A program made the position numbers and the translations under genes. This document shows, one piece after another, positions 38,783 through 48,478 of a stretch of 64,000 nt of DNA; within the stretch, counting starts at the first letter, position 1, and each line of letters opens with the position of its first letter. The notes beneath the pieces were generated by a model, which was not told the DNA's origin, made no database searches, and saw nothing but the letters and a program-made list of their open reading frames with translations. Source of the stretch: an uncultured Gemmatimonadaceae bacterium (lineage in GTDB: Bacteria; Gemmatimonadota; Gemmatimonadetes; Gemmatimonadales; Gemmatimonadaceae); the NCBI GenBank assembly GCA_963781585.1, contig CAWAGQ010000016.1:21708-85707 (forward strand), written 5' to 3'.

Positions 38783-39909
38783 CCACCACCGTCGGTACGC
38801 GATCCCGCAGCGACGCCGTCGCCGGGACGTTCGGTCGCTTCTTCCTCCCGGGCCCCACCGAGGTTCGCCCGGAAATCCTCGCGGCAATGACCCGGCAGAT
38901 GATCGGCCACCGTGGCGCCGACATCGAGTCCCTGCTGGAGCGCATCGCGCCCCGGCTGCAGCAGGTGTTCCGCACGGCACAACCGGTGTTTACCGCAACC
39001 TCGTCGGCCACCGGGCTGATGGAAGCCGGCGTACGCAACGCCGTGCGCTCGCGCCTCCTGTGTCTGGTGAACGGCGCCTTCAGCGCGCGCTTCTACAAGG
39101 CGGCCGTCAACTCCGGCGTCGCCGTGGACAAGCTCGAGGTCGAGCCGGGCCGCATGCACACGCCCGACCTGCTCACCGACGCGCTGCGTCGCGGCACATA
39201 CGACGCGGTGACGGTCGTGCATTCCGAAACCTCCACCGGGGTCCTCAACCCGATTCGGGAGCTCACCGACGCTGCCCACGCTGCCGGCGACGTCGCCGTC
39301 ATCATCGACACCGTGTCGAGCATGGCCGCGGCCCCGGTCGAAGTGGATGCGTGGGACCTCGACTACGTGCTCACCGGATCGCAGAAGGCACTCGCCCTTC
39401 CCCCCGGACTGGCGTTCTGCACCGCCAACGAGCGCGTGTTCGAGCGCGCGCGCGCCAGCGGCAACCGCGGCCTGTACTTCGACCTCCTCGAGTTCCACGA
39501 CTACTGGAAGAAGAACCAGACCCCGAACACGCCGGCCGTGTCCCTGCTCTACGCCCTCGACGCCCAGCTCGATCATATCCTGGCGGAAGGTGTGGAGGCG
39601 CGATGGGCGAGGCACGCCGAGATGGCGCGGCGCACGTGGTCGTGGGTGGACGGGCAGCGCGCAGCCGGGCGCGACATCCATGTGCTGGCGCCCGAGGGAT
39701 ACCGCTCTCCCGCGGTCACCTGTGTCTCGGCGCCGCCCGGTAAGACCGGATCGCAGATCGCCGCCGCCATGAAGGCCCGCGGTTACGTGATCTCCACCGG
39801 CTACGGCCCGATGAAGGATGCGATGGTGCGGGTGGGCCACATGGGCGACCACACCGTCGACGAACTCAACGCCCTGCTCGACACGTTAGGCGGAGTGCTG
39901 GCGGCATGA
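38779..39909 (+). CDS. Class V aminotransferase (alanine-glyoxylate/serine-pyruvate type), probable phosphoserine aminotransferase substitute
   Basis: PGPTEV, HSETSTG, DTVSS, GSQKALALPPGL, TPNTP, RVGHMG. Confidence 0.85.
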   Translation: MTTTVGTRSRSDAVAGTFGRFFLPGPTEVRPEILAAMTRQMIGHRGADIESLLERIAPRLQQVFRTAQPVFTATSSATGLMEAGVRNAVRSRLLCLVNGAFSARFYKAAVNSGVAVDKLEVEPGRMHTPDLLTDALRRGTYDAVTVVHSETSTGVLNPIRELTDAAHAAGDVAVIIDTVSSMAAAPVEVDAWDLDYVLTGSQKALALPPGLAFCTANERVFERARASGNRGLYFDLLEFHDYWKKNQTPNTPAVSLLYALDAQLDHILAEGVEARWARHAEMARRTWSWVDGQRAAGRDIHVLAPEGYRSPAVTCVSAPPGKTGSQIAAAMKARGYVISTGYGPMKDAMVRVGHMGDHTVDELNALLDTLGGVLAA

Positions 39910-41501
39910 GCGGCACCTATTCGGTGCTGGTCGCCGACGCGATCGCCGTCGACGGCCTGGCTCCGCTGCGCGACGATCCCCGCTTCGAGCTGGTCGTCCG
40001 GCCAGGCCTCAAAGGCGAGGAGCTCGCCGATGCCATCGCCGGGGCCGACGCGGTGCTGGTGCGGAGCGCCACCCGCATCACGCGCGAATCACTGGCCCGC
40101 GCGAACCGGCTCAAGGCCATTGGTCGGGCCGGCGTCGGCGTCGATACCATCGACGTCGACGCGGCCACCGAGCGCGGCATCCCCGTGCTCACGGCGCCCG
40201 CCGGCAATACGACCTCGGCCGCCGAGCTCACCTTCGCCCTCCTGCTGGCCCTCGCCCGACGAGTGGCCGCCGCCGACCGGTCAATGAAATCGGGCGAGTG
40301 GGACAAGAAGTCCTTCACCGGGATCGAACTGTACGGCAAGACGCTGGGTTTGATCGGCGCCGGTCGGATCGGCGGCGAAGTGGCGCGTCGCGCCCGCGCC
40401 TTCGGCATGCGGGTGGTGGCGTATGATCCGTTTCTCAACGCTGAACGCGCTCGCGTGCTCGACGTGGAAGTAGGATCGCTCAACGAGGTCTTCGAGCGGT
40501 CGGATGTGGTATCCGTACACGTCCCGCTCACGGAGGTGACCAGAAACCTCGTCGGCCCCGCTGAGATCGCGAAGATGAAGACCGGCGCCCTGCTCCTCAA
40601 CGTGGCTCGCGGTGGTGTGATCGACGAAGACGCCCTCGTGGACGCCCTGCGGTCGCGCAAGCTGGGCGGCGCCGCGCTCGACGTGTTCGCGACCGAGCCG
40701 CTCCCACCCGACCATCCGCTCCGCACCCTTCCCAACGTCGTACTCACGCCCCACCTGGGCGCCTCCACCGCCGAGGCGCAGCATAACGTGGCGATCGAGA
40801 TCTCCGAAGCGGTACGCGCCGCCCTCGTGGATGGCGACCTGTCCCGCGCCGTGAACGCACCGGCGGTGGGTGGCGAGGAGATGCGCCGGCTTCGGCCGGT
40901 CCTCGCGCTGGCGGAGCGACTCGGGGTGCTCGGCGCGGCCCTGGCCGGCGGGCCGCTTACCCGCATCGCCGTACACTACGCGGGCGCGTCGTCATCCGGG
41001 CTCCACCTGATCGCTGCGTCGGCGGTGGCGGGTGCCCTCTCGCGCGTCTCCGGCGGTGCCGTGAATCTCGTGAACGCCCGGAGGCTCGCGCAGTCACGTG
41101 GCATTCGTGTCGAGGAGGCGCATGAACCGGCGATCGCGCCGTACGCCGAATCCGTGGATCTGGAGGTGGCCAGCGATGCCGGACACGCCCGCATCACCGG
41201 TGCCGTGCTGGGGGAATCACACGAGCGCATCGTGCGCGTCGACGAATTTCATGTCGACATCGCACCGCGCGGCACGATCCTTGTGCTCCGGAACCGCGAC
41301 GTCCCGGGTGTCATTGGCCAGGTCGGCACCGCGCTCGGACACGCCGGGATCAACATCGCGGAGTACCACCAGGCGCGTCAGGGAGCCGGCGGTGATGCGC
41401 TCGCCCTCGTGAGCGTCGATGGTGCGGTGGCCGATGAGCAACTCACCGCCCTCCGGTCGCTCCCGGACGTGCGCCACGTGCAGCAGATAGAGCTGCGTTG
41501 A
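39906..41501 (+). CDS. serA: D-3-phosphoglycerate dehydrogenase (long form with ACT domain)
   Basis: GRAGVGVD, GAGRIG, NVARG, LDVF, TPHLGASTAEAQ, DVPGVIG..INIA. Confidence 0.95.
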   Translation: MSGTYSVLVADAIAVDGLAPLRDDPRFELVVRPGLKGEELADAIAGADAVLVRSATRITRESLARANRLKAIGRAGVGVDTIDVDAATERGIPVLTAPAGNTTSAAELTFALLLALARRVAAADRSMKSGEWDKKSFTGIELYGKTLGLIGAGRIGGEVARRARAFGMRVVAYDPFLNAERARVLDVEVGSLNEVFERSDVVSVHVPLTEVTRNLVGPAEIAKMKTGALLLNVARGGVIDEDALVDALRSRKLGGAALDVFATEPLPPDHPLRTLPNVVLTPHLGASTAEAQHNVAIEISEAVRAALVDGDLSRAVNAPAVGGEEMRRLRPVLALAERLGVLGAALAGGPLTRIAVHYAGASSSGLHLIAASAVAGALSRVSGGAVNLVNARRLAQSRGIRVEEAHEPAIAPYAESVDLEVASDAGHARITGAVLGESHERIVRVDEFHVDIAPRGTILVLRNRDVPGVIGQVGTALGHAGINIAEYHQARQGAGGDALALVSVDGAVADEQLTALRSLPDVRHVQQIELR

Positions 41502-41581
41502 CCCGCGGCCCTGCCGACAGCCCGTGGCGCAGGGCCGGGGCGGGCCGCATTGTGATTGAACAATCGTGCTTGCGGTCCCGC

Positions 41582-43696
41582 CTAACGAGTGCCGGCCGGA
41601 GCGTGCCGGAGTCGTGCCTCCACGAACAGCTGCCGACCCGTGAACGCCGGCCAGTCGGCACCGACCTGGCGGTTCAGCAGGTTCGTCATCCCCGCGACGA
41701 GGTCCACGCCGAGGGGCATGTCGCGCTCCACTCGGGCGTCGAGGCGAAGGAACCCGCCCCGCTCCCGGGAAATCGTCCCATCGGGGTCACGCGTCACCGC
41801 CGTGCGCCCGGTGTAGACCGCGTTCAGACCGCCCTGCACGCCAAGCGCCGCCGGACCCGACAGGCCGAGGCGCGCGGTGACGCCGGGCCGCCCCAGCAGC
41901 GGCGTGCCCGTTGACGCGTCCCTCGTGCGCAGGAGCTCCGAGGTGGCGTCGATACGCCAGGTGCCGGCCAGGATCCCGCCTTCCAGATCGACTCCCCGCG
42001 TGGAGCCGCGCGCGATGTTGTCGTAGGTGTAGGTGAAGCTCGCGTCAGGCGCGCCCGTCTCGATGAAGTCGCGGTAGCCGTTCCAGAAGGCCGTCGCCCG
42101 TCCGTAGAGCCGGGCCGCGGTCCACTCCGCACCGAACGAGGTCGTCAACGAGCGTTCGGGCCGGAGCGCCGGATTGCCGATCACCGAATATCCCACCGCA
42201 TCATTCACGAAATGCAGGTAGAGTTCCTTGAAATCGGGGGCGCGGAATCCGCGCCCGACCGACGCCCGCAACGCGAGCGCGCTGGCAGGGCGATACAGCG
42301 CCGCCAACCGCGGGGCCACGAACCGTCCCCAGCGATCGCTCCACGTCACCCGAACGCCTGGTGTGAGGTTCACGCCGCGCCACGAGAACGTCAGCTGCCC
42401 GAACGGTTCGGCGGTGGTCAGCCCTCGGCTGGGCGCGACAACCCGGTCGGCGTCGATCGACTCATGGCGCATGGTGTAACCCACGTCGGCCAGCACGGCA
42501 CCCACCAGCCCATTCCACACCGCTTCCCCCTGGATCAGCCGCTGGCGATCCCGCGCCCCGCTGTCGGAGACCGGCTCGCTCAACGTACTGGCGCGGGAAA
42601 GATGGTCGAACGACGACAGCGAGACGGTCGCCGACACTCTCTGGAGGCCGATCCGGCTCGCCGCGCTCACGCGGCCGTCGAGCTGCGTGTTGTCGGCAAA
42701 GTAAAAGAGCTGGCCGGCACGAAATCGCTGGTGCTCCCCGACCGCCAGCATGGCGCCCTCGAGCCAGTGCCGAGAATCCGGCTCGTAGCGCACTTTCGCC
42801 TGTCCGTTCCAGCGATGCGCGAACGTGCCGTCGTCGCCCGCCACACCGGGCGCCAGCGAGATGCGCCGAACGCCGGCGTCGAGGGTGGCGCCCACCCCAC
42901 CGGTACGCCATCCGCCGCTCGCGCTTGCCTCACGCCGGCCCTGCGACCCAAGCAGCGTCGACAGATCGGCTTCGCCGCCGGTGGCCGGCGCCTGGCGCGT
43001 AATCACGTTGATCACGCCGCCCATCGCATCGCTCCCGTACAGGGTGCTCTGCGGGCCCCGCACGATCTCCACACGGTCCACACCCGCCAGCGGCAGACGG
43101 GAGAGATCGAAGTTGCCGTTGATGCGACCCGCCATCGGCTGTCCGTCTACCAGCACCAGAATCCGGCGCGAGTCGAATCCGCGCATCTGTACCCCGGAAC
43201 CGGCCGGCACGCCGCCGTCGAGCTGCACACCGGCCCGATCGATCAGGGCCGACGCCAGATCCGTCGCCCCGCCTCGCGCCAGTTCGTCGCGCGTATACAG
43301 CTCCGTGGTCACCACCGCGTCGGCCAACTGCTGCTCGCGCCTGGCCGCCGTGACCACCACGGCGCCTAACGGCACGATCGCGGGGACGAGCCGGATGTCA
43401 AGCGGTGTGGCGGCGCCGTCCGGGAGATCGACCGTGCGCGCCTGCGGTCGATAGCCGACCAGCCGCACCACCACCCGGTTCTCCCCGGCCGGCACCCGTC
43501 CGCGCCACATCCCGGTCGAGTCGGTGATGCCACGGGCCGCATCCTCATCCACCAGCACGGTCGCACCAGTCAGCGGACGCGACGACCCGGCCTCCAGCAC
43601 GTGCACTTCCAGCAGTCCCGACGCCTGCCCTCCAGCCGTACGGGCGACGCCGGCCAGCAGGACCAGCGCGCGGAGCGACCGCAGCGCCGACCGCAT
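41582..43696 (-). CDS. TonB-dependent receptor, heme-receptor-like, with N-terminal carboxypeptidase-regulatory-like domain
   Basis: RVEIVRGPQSTLYGSDAMGGVINVIT plug motif; FRAP...H...GNPALRPE; start overlaps hmuY stop. Confidence 0.88.
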   Translation of the reverse strand: MRSALRSLRALVLLAGVARTAGGQASGLLEVHVLEAGSSRPLTGATVLVDEDAARGITDSTGMWRGRVPAGENRVVVRLVGYRPQARTVDLPDGAATPLDIRLVPAIVPLGAVVVTAARREQQLADAVVTTELYTRDELARGGATDLASALIDRAGVQLDGGVPAGSGVQMRGFDSRRILVLVDGQPMAGRINGNFDLSRLPLAGVDRVEIVRGPQSTLYGSDAMGGVINVITRQAPATGGEADLSTLLGSQGRREASASGGWRTGGVGATLDAGVRRISLAPGVAGDDGTFAHRWNGQAKVRYEPDSRHWLEGAMLAVGEHQRFRAGQLFYFADNTQLDGRVSAASRIGLQRVSATVSLSSFDHLSRASTLSEPVSDSGARDRQRLIQGEAVWNGLVGAVLADVGYTMRHESIDADRVVAPSRGLTTAEPFGQLTFSWRGVNLTPGVRVTWSDRWGRFVAPRLAALYRPASALALRASVGRGFRAPDFKELYLHFVNDAVGYSVIGNPALRPERSLTTSFGAEWTAARLYGRATAFWNGYRDFIETGAPDASFTYTYDNIARGSTRGVDLEGGILAGTWRIDATSELLRTRDASTGTPLLGRPGVTARLGLSGPAALGVQGGLNAVYTGRTAVTRDPDGTISRERGGFLRLDARVERDMPLGVDLVAGMTNLLNRQVGADWPAFTGRQLFVEARLRHAPAGTR

Positions 43697-44748
43697 CAGC
43701 GCAGGCGCGCGTACTTCATGGTGATCTGGCGCGACGCTCCGGCGGTGCCATAGTAGCTGGTGAGCTGCACCTTGAAGACTTCGCTTCCGCGCTTCACCAG
43801 GTACACGTTGAACGTGGGCCAGATCTGATTGTCGGTCCCGGTGATGTTGTACCGGTACCACGGCGACGCCGCGAACACCCCGGAATACGCGTCGGCGCGA
43901 TACGCCTGCGGTGGCGCCGTGGATGCGTACGCCGCGTCGATCTGCGCATAGGGCGTGCTGTTGTCGACCACCGCGCTCACGCTCCCCGAGCCGCTCACGC
44001 CACCGTTCACCAGAATGTCGTAGCCGGTGAATCGGAGGTCCCAGTCCGCCCCGGTCGTCACCGCGCCTGACGAGAGGTTGTACGACACGGCGCCGGCGTG
44101 AACGTCCACGGTGGCGGACTGCGTGGGACCGAATGGCGCCGCCGCCGACGGCTGAACCGCGTACTCGAAGGTGACCGAGCCGGCATCGGTGGCTGTCGCG
44201 CCGGACAGATTGGTCACGTGGAACTTGGCGAGGATGACGTCGGTGTCTCCCTTGCGCACGATCCACGCACGGCCCGGATTCGCGGCGGCGACGCCCGGCG
44301 ACCCCGTGTACCACCCGGAGATCGCCGGCAGCAGCGCGTCCGCCGCGAAGGACGCGTCGGCCGGCACCTCGCTCTCAGTCACGCCGTCGAACGCCGGGGC
44401 CTGGTTCTCGGCGGTCATGCCCGCGACCTCGCCGTCGGTCGCCGACGCGTTCTGGCAGACACAATAGGCAGTGACATCACCGGGCCCGGCCGCGCCCCCG
44501 TTCAGTCCCACCGTGGTAGCGAAGAACGACATGTCCCAGACGGTCGACGTCGTGGCATCGCTCACCGACACTTCGGTGGCCGGGTCGCCGAGCGCCACAT
44601 ACGCGGTCGGCTGCGAGGCGTCGACCACGATCGATTTCGCAGTCGGGAGCGTCGATGGACTGGTGGAGGAATCGGAGCAGGCGGCAAGGCCGAACGCGGC
44701 GGCCAGCACCAGCCTAACGACCGATGGCGTACTGCGGTTGCGATGCAT
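43696..44748 (-). CDS. HmuY-family lipoprotein, apparently two HmuY-like domains
   Basis: Lipobox LAAC; two WD(M/L)xF...NGG..GxG units; KVQLTSYY terminus; upstream of the TonB receptor. Confidence 0.75.
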   Translation of the reverse strand: MHRNRSTPSVVRLVLAAAFGLAACSDSSTSPSTLPTAKSIVVDASQPTAYVALGDPATEVSVSDATTSTVWDMSFFATTVGLNGGAAGPGDVTAYCVCQNASATDGEVAGMTAENQAPAFDGVTESEVPADASFAADALLPAISGWYTGSPGVAAANPGRAWIVRKGDTDVILAKFHVTNLSGATATDAGSVTFEYAVQPSAAAPFGPTQSATVDVHAGAVSYNLSSGAVTTGADWDLRFTGYDILVNGGVSGSGSVSAVVDNSTPYAQIDAAYASTAPPQAYRADAYSGVFAASPWYRYNITGTDNQIWPTFNVYLVKRGSEVFKVQLTSYYGTAGASRQITMKYARLR

Positions 44749-45451
44749 GAATCGTGACCTCGGCTGCGGCGGGACCGCGAACGGCCAGGCGGTACCCCAG
44801 GTAGATCAGGATGATGCCGACGAACTCGGTGACGTAGAGAACCTCGGTGTAGCCGAACCGCGTGAAGCTCCCGCCAATGCCTGGAAGGAGCGCACCAACC
44901 GCGATCAGCGCGTTCGCCAGCGCGCGGTAGTGGGTCTCACGACGACGCGCGAACTGCACCGCCGACCGCACCGCCCCACCCACCAGAAACACGAAGGCGT
45001 AGAGGTTGATGAACGGGCTGAACCCGCGAACCCAGGGCCAGGCCATCACGCGTCCCGTGAGCCGATGGGCCTCCACCAGATCGAACCGGATCGGAACCAC
45101 CAGCACGAACGCCGCAGCGACGGACACGGCGGCGACGAGCGCGATCGACAGGCGATCAGCCGTGCGCCGTGAGAGGTGGAGATACACCGCCCCCTGAGCC
45201 AGGGGCGCTCCGCCCAGCAGCGCGCCGAAGATGTACCACAGGCGGAACAGCGCCTCGTGCCACCCGAGCAGCGTGACGGCAGCCTCGACCGAGGTGCCGA
45301 GCGCATAGGTGAGGGTCCCAATCGCCCACCAGAGCAGATGCGTTCCACCTCCCTTGCGACGGTACCGGCTCACCAGCGCGGCGGTGAACGATAGTGCGAT
45401 CAGCGTGGTCGCGATCGGGAGGTAGTGCACGAAGGAACTCACGCCGCACAT
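44714..45451 (-). CDS. Hypothetical multi-pass (~7 TM) membrane protein
   Basis: Hydrophobic helices; 3' end overlaps hmuY start by 35 bp. Confidence 0.75.
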   Translation of the reverse strand: MCGVSSFVHYLPIATTLIALSFTAALVSRYRRKGGGTHLLWWAIGTLTYALGTSVEAAVTLLGWHEALFRLWYIFGALLGGAPLAQGAVYLHLSRRTADRLSIALVAAVSVAAAFVLVVPIRFDLVEAHRLTGRVMAWPWVRGFSPFINLYAFVFLVGGAVRSAVQFARRRETHYRALANALIAVGALLPGIGGSFTRFGYTEVLYVTEFVGIILIYLGYRLAVRGPAAAEVTIHASQPQYAIGR

Positions 45452-45501
45452 TGTTGCCTGCCGCGCACCCCTTCCCCATTCGGTCTTCTACGGTGGGACG
45501 A

Positions 45502-46191
45502 CTACGGAGCGGGTGTCGGGGATTCCCCCTCATCGGGGAGGAGACCCGCTTCGAGGGCGAAACGCGTGAGCGCCGCCACGCTCCGACGCTGGAGCTTTCG
45601 CATCAACGAGTCGCGATGCGACTCGACCGTGCGCACACTGATCCCGAGCTCGCCGGCGATCTCCTTGTTCAGGCGACCCTGCGCGATGCGCACCAGAACT
45701 TCCCGCTCTCGAATGGTGAGCGTGTCCAGTTCAGCCTGTGCCGCGCCATTCTGCGCGGGAAGCTCGTCACGCAGCACCTCGGTGAGCCGGCGGGCCACCG
45801 GAGGACTGAAGAACGCGTCGCCCGCGTGAACCGCCTTGATCGCCGCCCGCAGATCCGCTGGCGTGGTGTCCTTCCTCAGAAAACCGTGTGCCCCGATGCG
45901 CACGCTTTCGCGAACGAATTCGCGATCATCGTGCACGCTGAGAATCAGCACACGCACACTCGGCGACCGTTCACGCAGCCGCGCCGCGACCTCCAGCCCG
46001 GAGCCGTCCGGCAGGTTGATGTCGAGCAGCATGACGTCGGGACGCGTCCGTTCCGCAAGCTCGAGCGCCCCCAGCGAGGTGTCTGCTTCCCCCACGACCT
46101 CGAACTCCTCCGCACTCTGCAGCACCAGGCGCAGACCGGCGCGCACGATGGCGTGGTCATCGACCACCGCAATGCGGATCGGCGCGGTCAT
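45502..46191 (-). CDS. NarL/LuxR family response regulator
   Basis: VDDHAIVRAG, PDVMLLDI, LTIREREVL..NKEIA..ISVRTVESHR. Confidence 0.95.
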   Translation of the reverse strand: MTAPIRIAVVDDHAIVRAGLRLVLQSAEEFEVVGEADTSLGALELAERTRPDVMLLDINLPDGSGLEVAARLRERSPSVRVLILSVHDDREFVRESVRIGAHGFLRKDTTPADLRAAIKAVHAGDAFFSPPVARRLTEVLRDELPAQNGAAQAELDTLTIREREVLVRIAQGRLNKEIAGELGISVRTVESHRDSLMRKLQRRSVAALTRFALEAGLLPDEGESPTPAP

Positions 46192-47960
46192 GCCGTAACC
46201 TCCGTCGACACCGGCAGAGAAATCAGCACGACCGTTCCTCCCTCCTGGCCGCGCTCCAAAGCAAGGGCGCCCCCCAGAGCTTCCACCCGGTCCCGCATCC
46301 CCGCCAGGCCCATCCGCCCCGCGCGCTCGAGGCCGTCAAGCGTCACACTCGCGTTCATGCCTCGCCCATCGTCCTGCACGCGAAGCGTGATCCGTCCGGA
46401 GCGCTGCCCGAGCGCGACCGACACACGTCGCGCGCGAGCATGGCGGAGCACATTGGTCAGCGACTCCTGAAGTCCGCGGTAGAGGGCCAGCTCCACGTCG
46501 CCGTCGAGAGATGGCGCCTGTTCGGGCAGATCGGCCTCGACGCCCAGACCGCAGCGCTCCATGAAGTCGTCGATGATCGACCGCATGGCGGCGATCAACC
46601 CGAGCTCATCGAGCACTGCTGGACGGAGCGTCTCCGTCACATTGCGAATGCTGCGCATTCCCTCGTCCACCAACGACTGTGCGCGCTCCAGATCGCCGGC
46701 CGCCCCACGGCCGACGTCAGCCCGCTCGCCCAGCAGTCCGAGCTGGAGCTTCAGCGCCGAGAACACCTGCGCCGTCTCGTCATGAAGCTCGCGTGAGAGG
46801 CGACGACGCTCGTCCTCGTGATACTGAATCATCCGCGCCGAGAGACGCTTCAGCTCCGCGGTCCGGTCGCGCAGACGGCGCGTGAGCTCCGCACCGTCCA
46901 GCACCGCTCCAATCTGCGCTCCCAGCGCCAGGAGAAAGGTCTGGTCGAGCGCGGCGAACGGATCGCGTGCATCGCCGGTAACGATCAGCGCGCTCCAGGC
47001 GGTCGATTCACCGAGTATCGGGAGCATCGCCGTGAATGCATACCGCCTTCCGTCCGGCGCGCGCCAATCCGCCAGCACCAGGGGATGGCGGGCAGCGATG
47101 GCCGAAGCCAGGCGCTCCGCGGTGGCGGGCTGGAGTGCGGCTGCGCCCCATGAGGCGCAGTCACCCGCGCCACGCACGCACTCGAGCGCGCCGTTCCGGC
47201 GCGCAAACAAGGCCGCGCCCCTCGCCGCGGGCAGCGCGATCGCACGGTGCAGCAGCGCGTCGATCACATCGTCCTCCGTTCCGGCTCGCGCAGCCCCGGA
47301 GGACAGCGCGGTCAGCGCCGCAAACCCACGTCTCAGATCGTCCAGCACCAGGACGGTGATCCCAACGGCGGTACCCAGGAGAAAGGCGATGTCCAGGTAG
47401 TATCCCCAGGGTGCCCAGGCGCCGCGCGCGCGGAGAAACGGGTAGTCGAGATGGTGCACGGCCCAGAGCCCGAACGCCAACGCCAGCAGACCGGCGCCCG
47501 GAGCGCGCACCCGGCGCCAGTAGGCGAAGAAGATCCACCCCGTCCAGGCCGTGACGCCGCTCAGGAACAGTACCGCCGGACCGGCCGCGAACAGGAAATT
47601 GTCCAGCAGGTAGATCGCGACGAACGACCACGCGAGCGGGAACAGCAGCGCGACCAGATACCACGCGCGGAACGCGAGCTGGCGCGAGAACACAAGCGCC
47701 GCCCAGAGCAACGCAAGCGCCGTCCACCCGGTCACCACTTGATGCCAATAGAGCCACGCCTCGCCCCCAGACGCCAGAAAGGCGATGATCGCGCTCAGCC
47801 GCAAGAGGTACAGCAGCCACGCCAGCGAAAACCAGAAGAAATACGGTTTCCGGTAGCGACGGTGCAGAAACAGCGAGTAGAGAGCGATGCCGAGCGTGAT
47901 CGCGACCTGGAGCAGGGCCGCATTCAGTTCCGCGGACGTCGTCTCGAATGCCTGGATCAC
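46188..47960 (-). CDS. Membrane sensor histidine kinase (HisKA_3), ~7 TM + GAF-like region
   Basis: ERRRLSRELHDE, QESLTNVLRHA, DDGRG, GLAGMRDR. Confidence 0.92.
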   Translation of the reverse strand: MIQAFETTSAELNAALLQVAITLGIALYSLFLHRRYRKPYFFWFSLAWLLYLLRLSAIIAFLASGGEAWLYWHQVVTGWTALALLWAALVFSRQLAFRAWYLVALLFPLAWSFVAIYLLDNFLFAAGPAVLFLSGVTAWTGWIFFAYWRRVRAPGAGLLALAFGLWAVHHLDYPFLRARGAWAPWGYYLDIAFLLGTAVGITVLVLDDLRRGFAALTALSSGAARAGTEDDVIDALLHRAIALPAARGAALFARRNGALECVRGAGDCASWGAAALQPATAERLASAIAARHPLVLADWRAPDGRRYAFTAMLPILGESTAWSALIVTGDARDPFAALDQTFLLALGAQIGAVLDGAELTRRLRDRTAELKRLSARMIQYHEDERRRLSRELHDETAQVFSALKLQLGLLGERADVGRGAAGDLERAQSLVDEGMRSIRNVTETLRPAVLDELGLIAAMRSIIDDFMERCGLGVEADLPEQAPSLDGDVELALYRGLQESLTNVLRHARARRVSVALGQRSGRITLRVQDDGRGMNASVTLDGLERAGRMGLAGMRDRVEALGGALALERGQEGGTVVLISLPVSTEVTA

Positions 47961-47992
47961 GAAGCAAGATAAGCCTGTGCCAGGGTCTCAAA

Positions 47993-48030
47993 CGGTCAGA
48001 GCCGGCCCCGAGAGGAGCCGGCTCTGACCG
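47993..48030 (-). terminator. Probable intrinsic terminator after the ECF sigma/anti-sigma pair
   Basis: 14-bp perfect inverted repeat CGGTCAGAGCCGGC / GCCGGCTCTGACCG followed on the minus strand by TTT (short U tract). Confidence 0.6.
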
Positions 48031-48049
48031 CCGCGGTTGGCCGCGGGCG

Positions 48050-48478
48050 TTATCTCGAGGACAGAAGCTTCATCGCGAGCATACCGAGCGCGAATGCGCC
48101 GGCAAGAATCACAAGCACGCTGCCTGGGCTGACACGCAGGTCCTGCTTCCACCACGGCATGGCCGCCGGCGTCGCGTCGAGTGACGGCAGAGCGGCCATG
48201 ATGCGTTCCGGCAGATACGCCGGCGTCACCATGCGGCGCCTGCGAGACGTCTCGTCGGCGATCCGGTGCCAGAACTCCACCGCGCGCGCGGCGTCGGGGC
48301 GCGTCGCCGAGGGTTCCGGCAGCTCCCCATCGAGCCAGCGATGAACCACGTCGGATGTGGCGACAGGGGCCAAGGGTACCTCGCGATCCGCCATCGGACC
48401 CGGAACATCAGCGGGCCGGTCGGAGCGCTCGCGGAAACCCTCTCCACGGCCGTCGCCCTCAAAAAGGTCATCGTGCAT
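48050..48478 (-). CDS. Hypothetical protein with C-terminal TM helix, probable anti-sigma factor
   Basis: Coupled (TGATG) to ECF sigma; HRWLDGEL, C-terminal hydrophobic helix. Confidence 0.6.
   Translation of the reverse strand: MHDDLFEGDGRGEGFRERSDRPADVPGPMADREVPLAPVATSDVVHRWLDGELPEPSATRPDAARAVEFWHRIADETSRRRRMVTPAYLPERIMAALPSLDATPAAMPWWKQDLRVSPGSVLVILAGAFALGMLAMKLLSSR

Noticed and set aside
41582..44314. 910-aa TonB receptor as given in the ORF track
   Set aside because: The upstream ~205 codons overlap hmuY in another frame; the real start is probably ATG 43696 with a signal peptide
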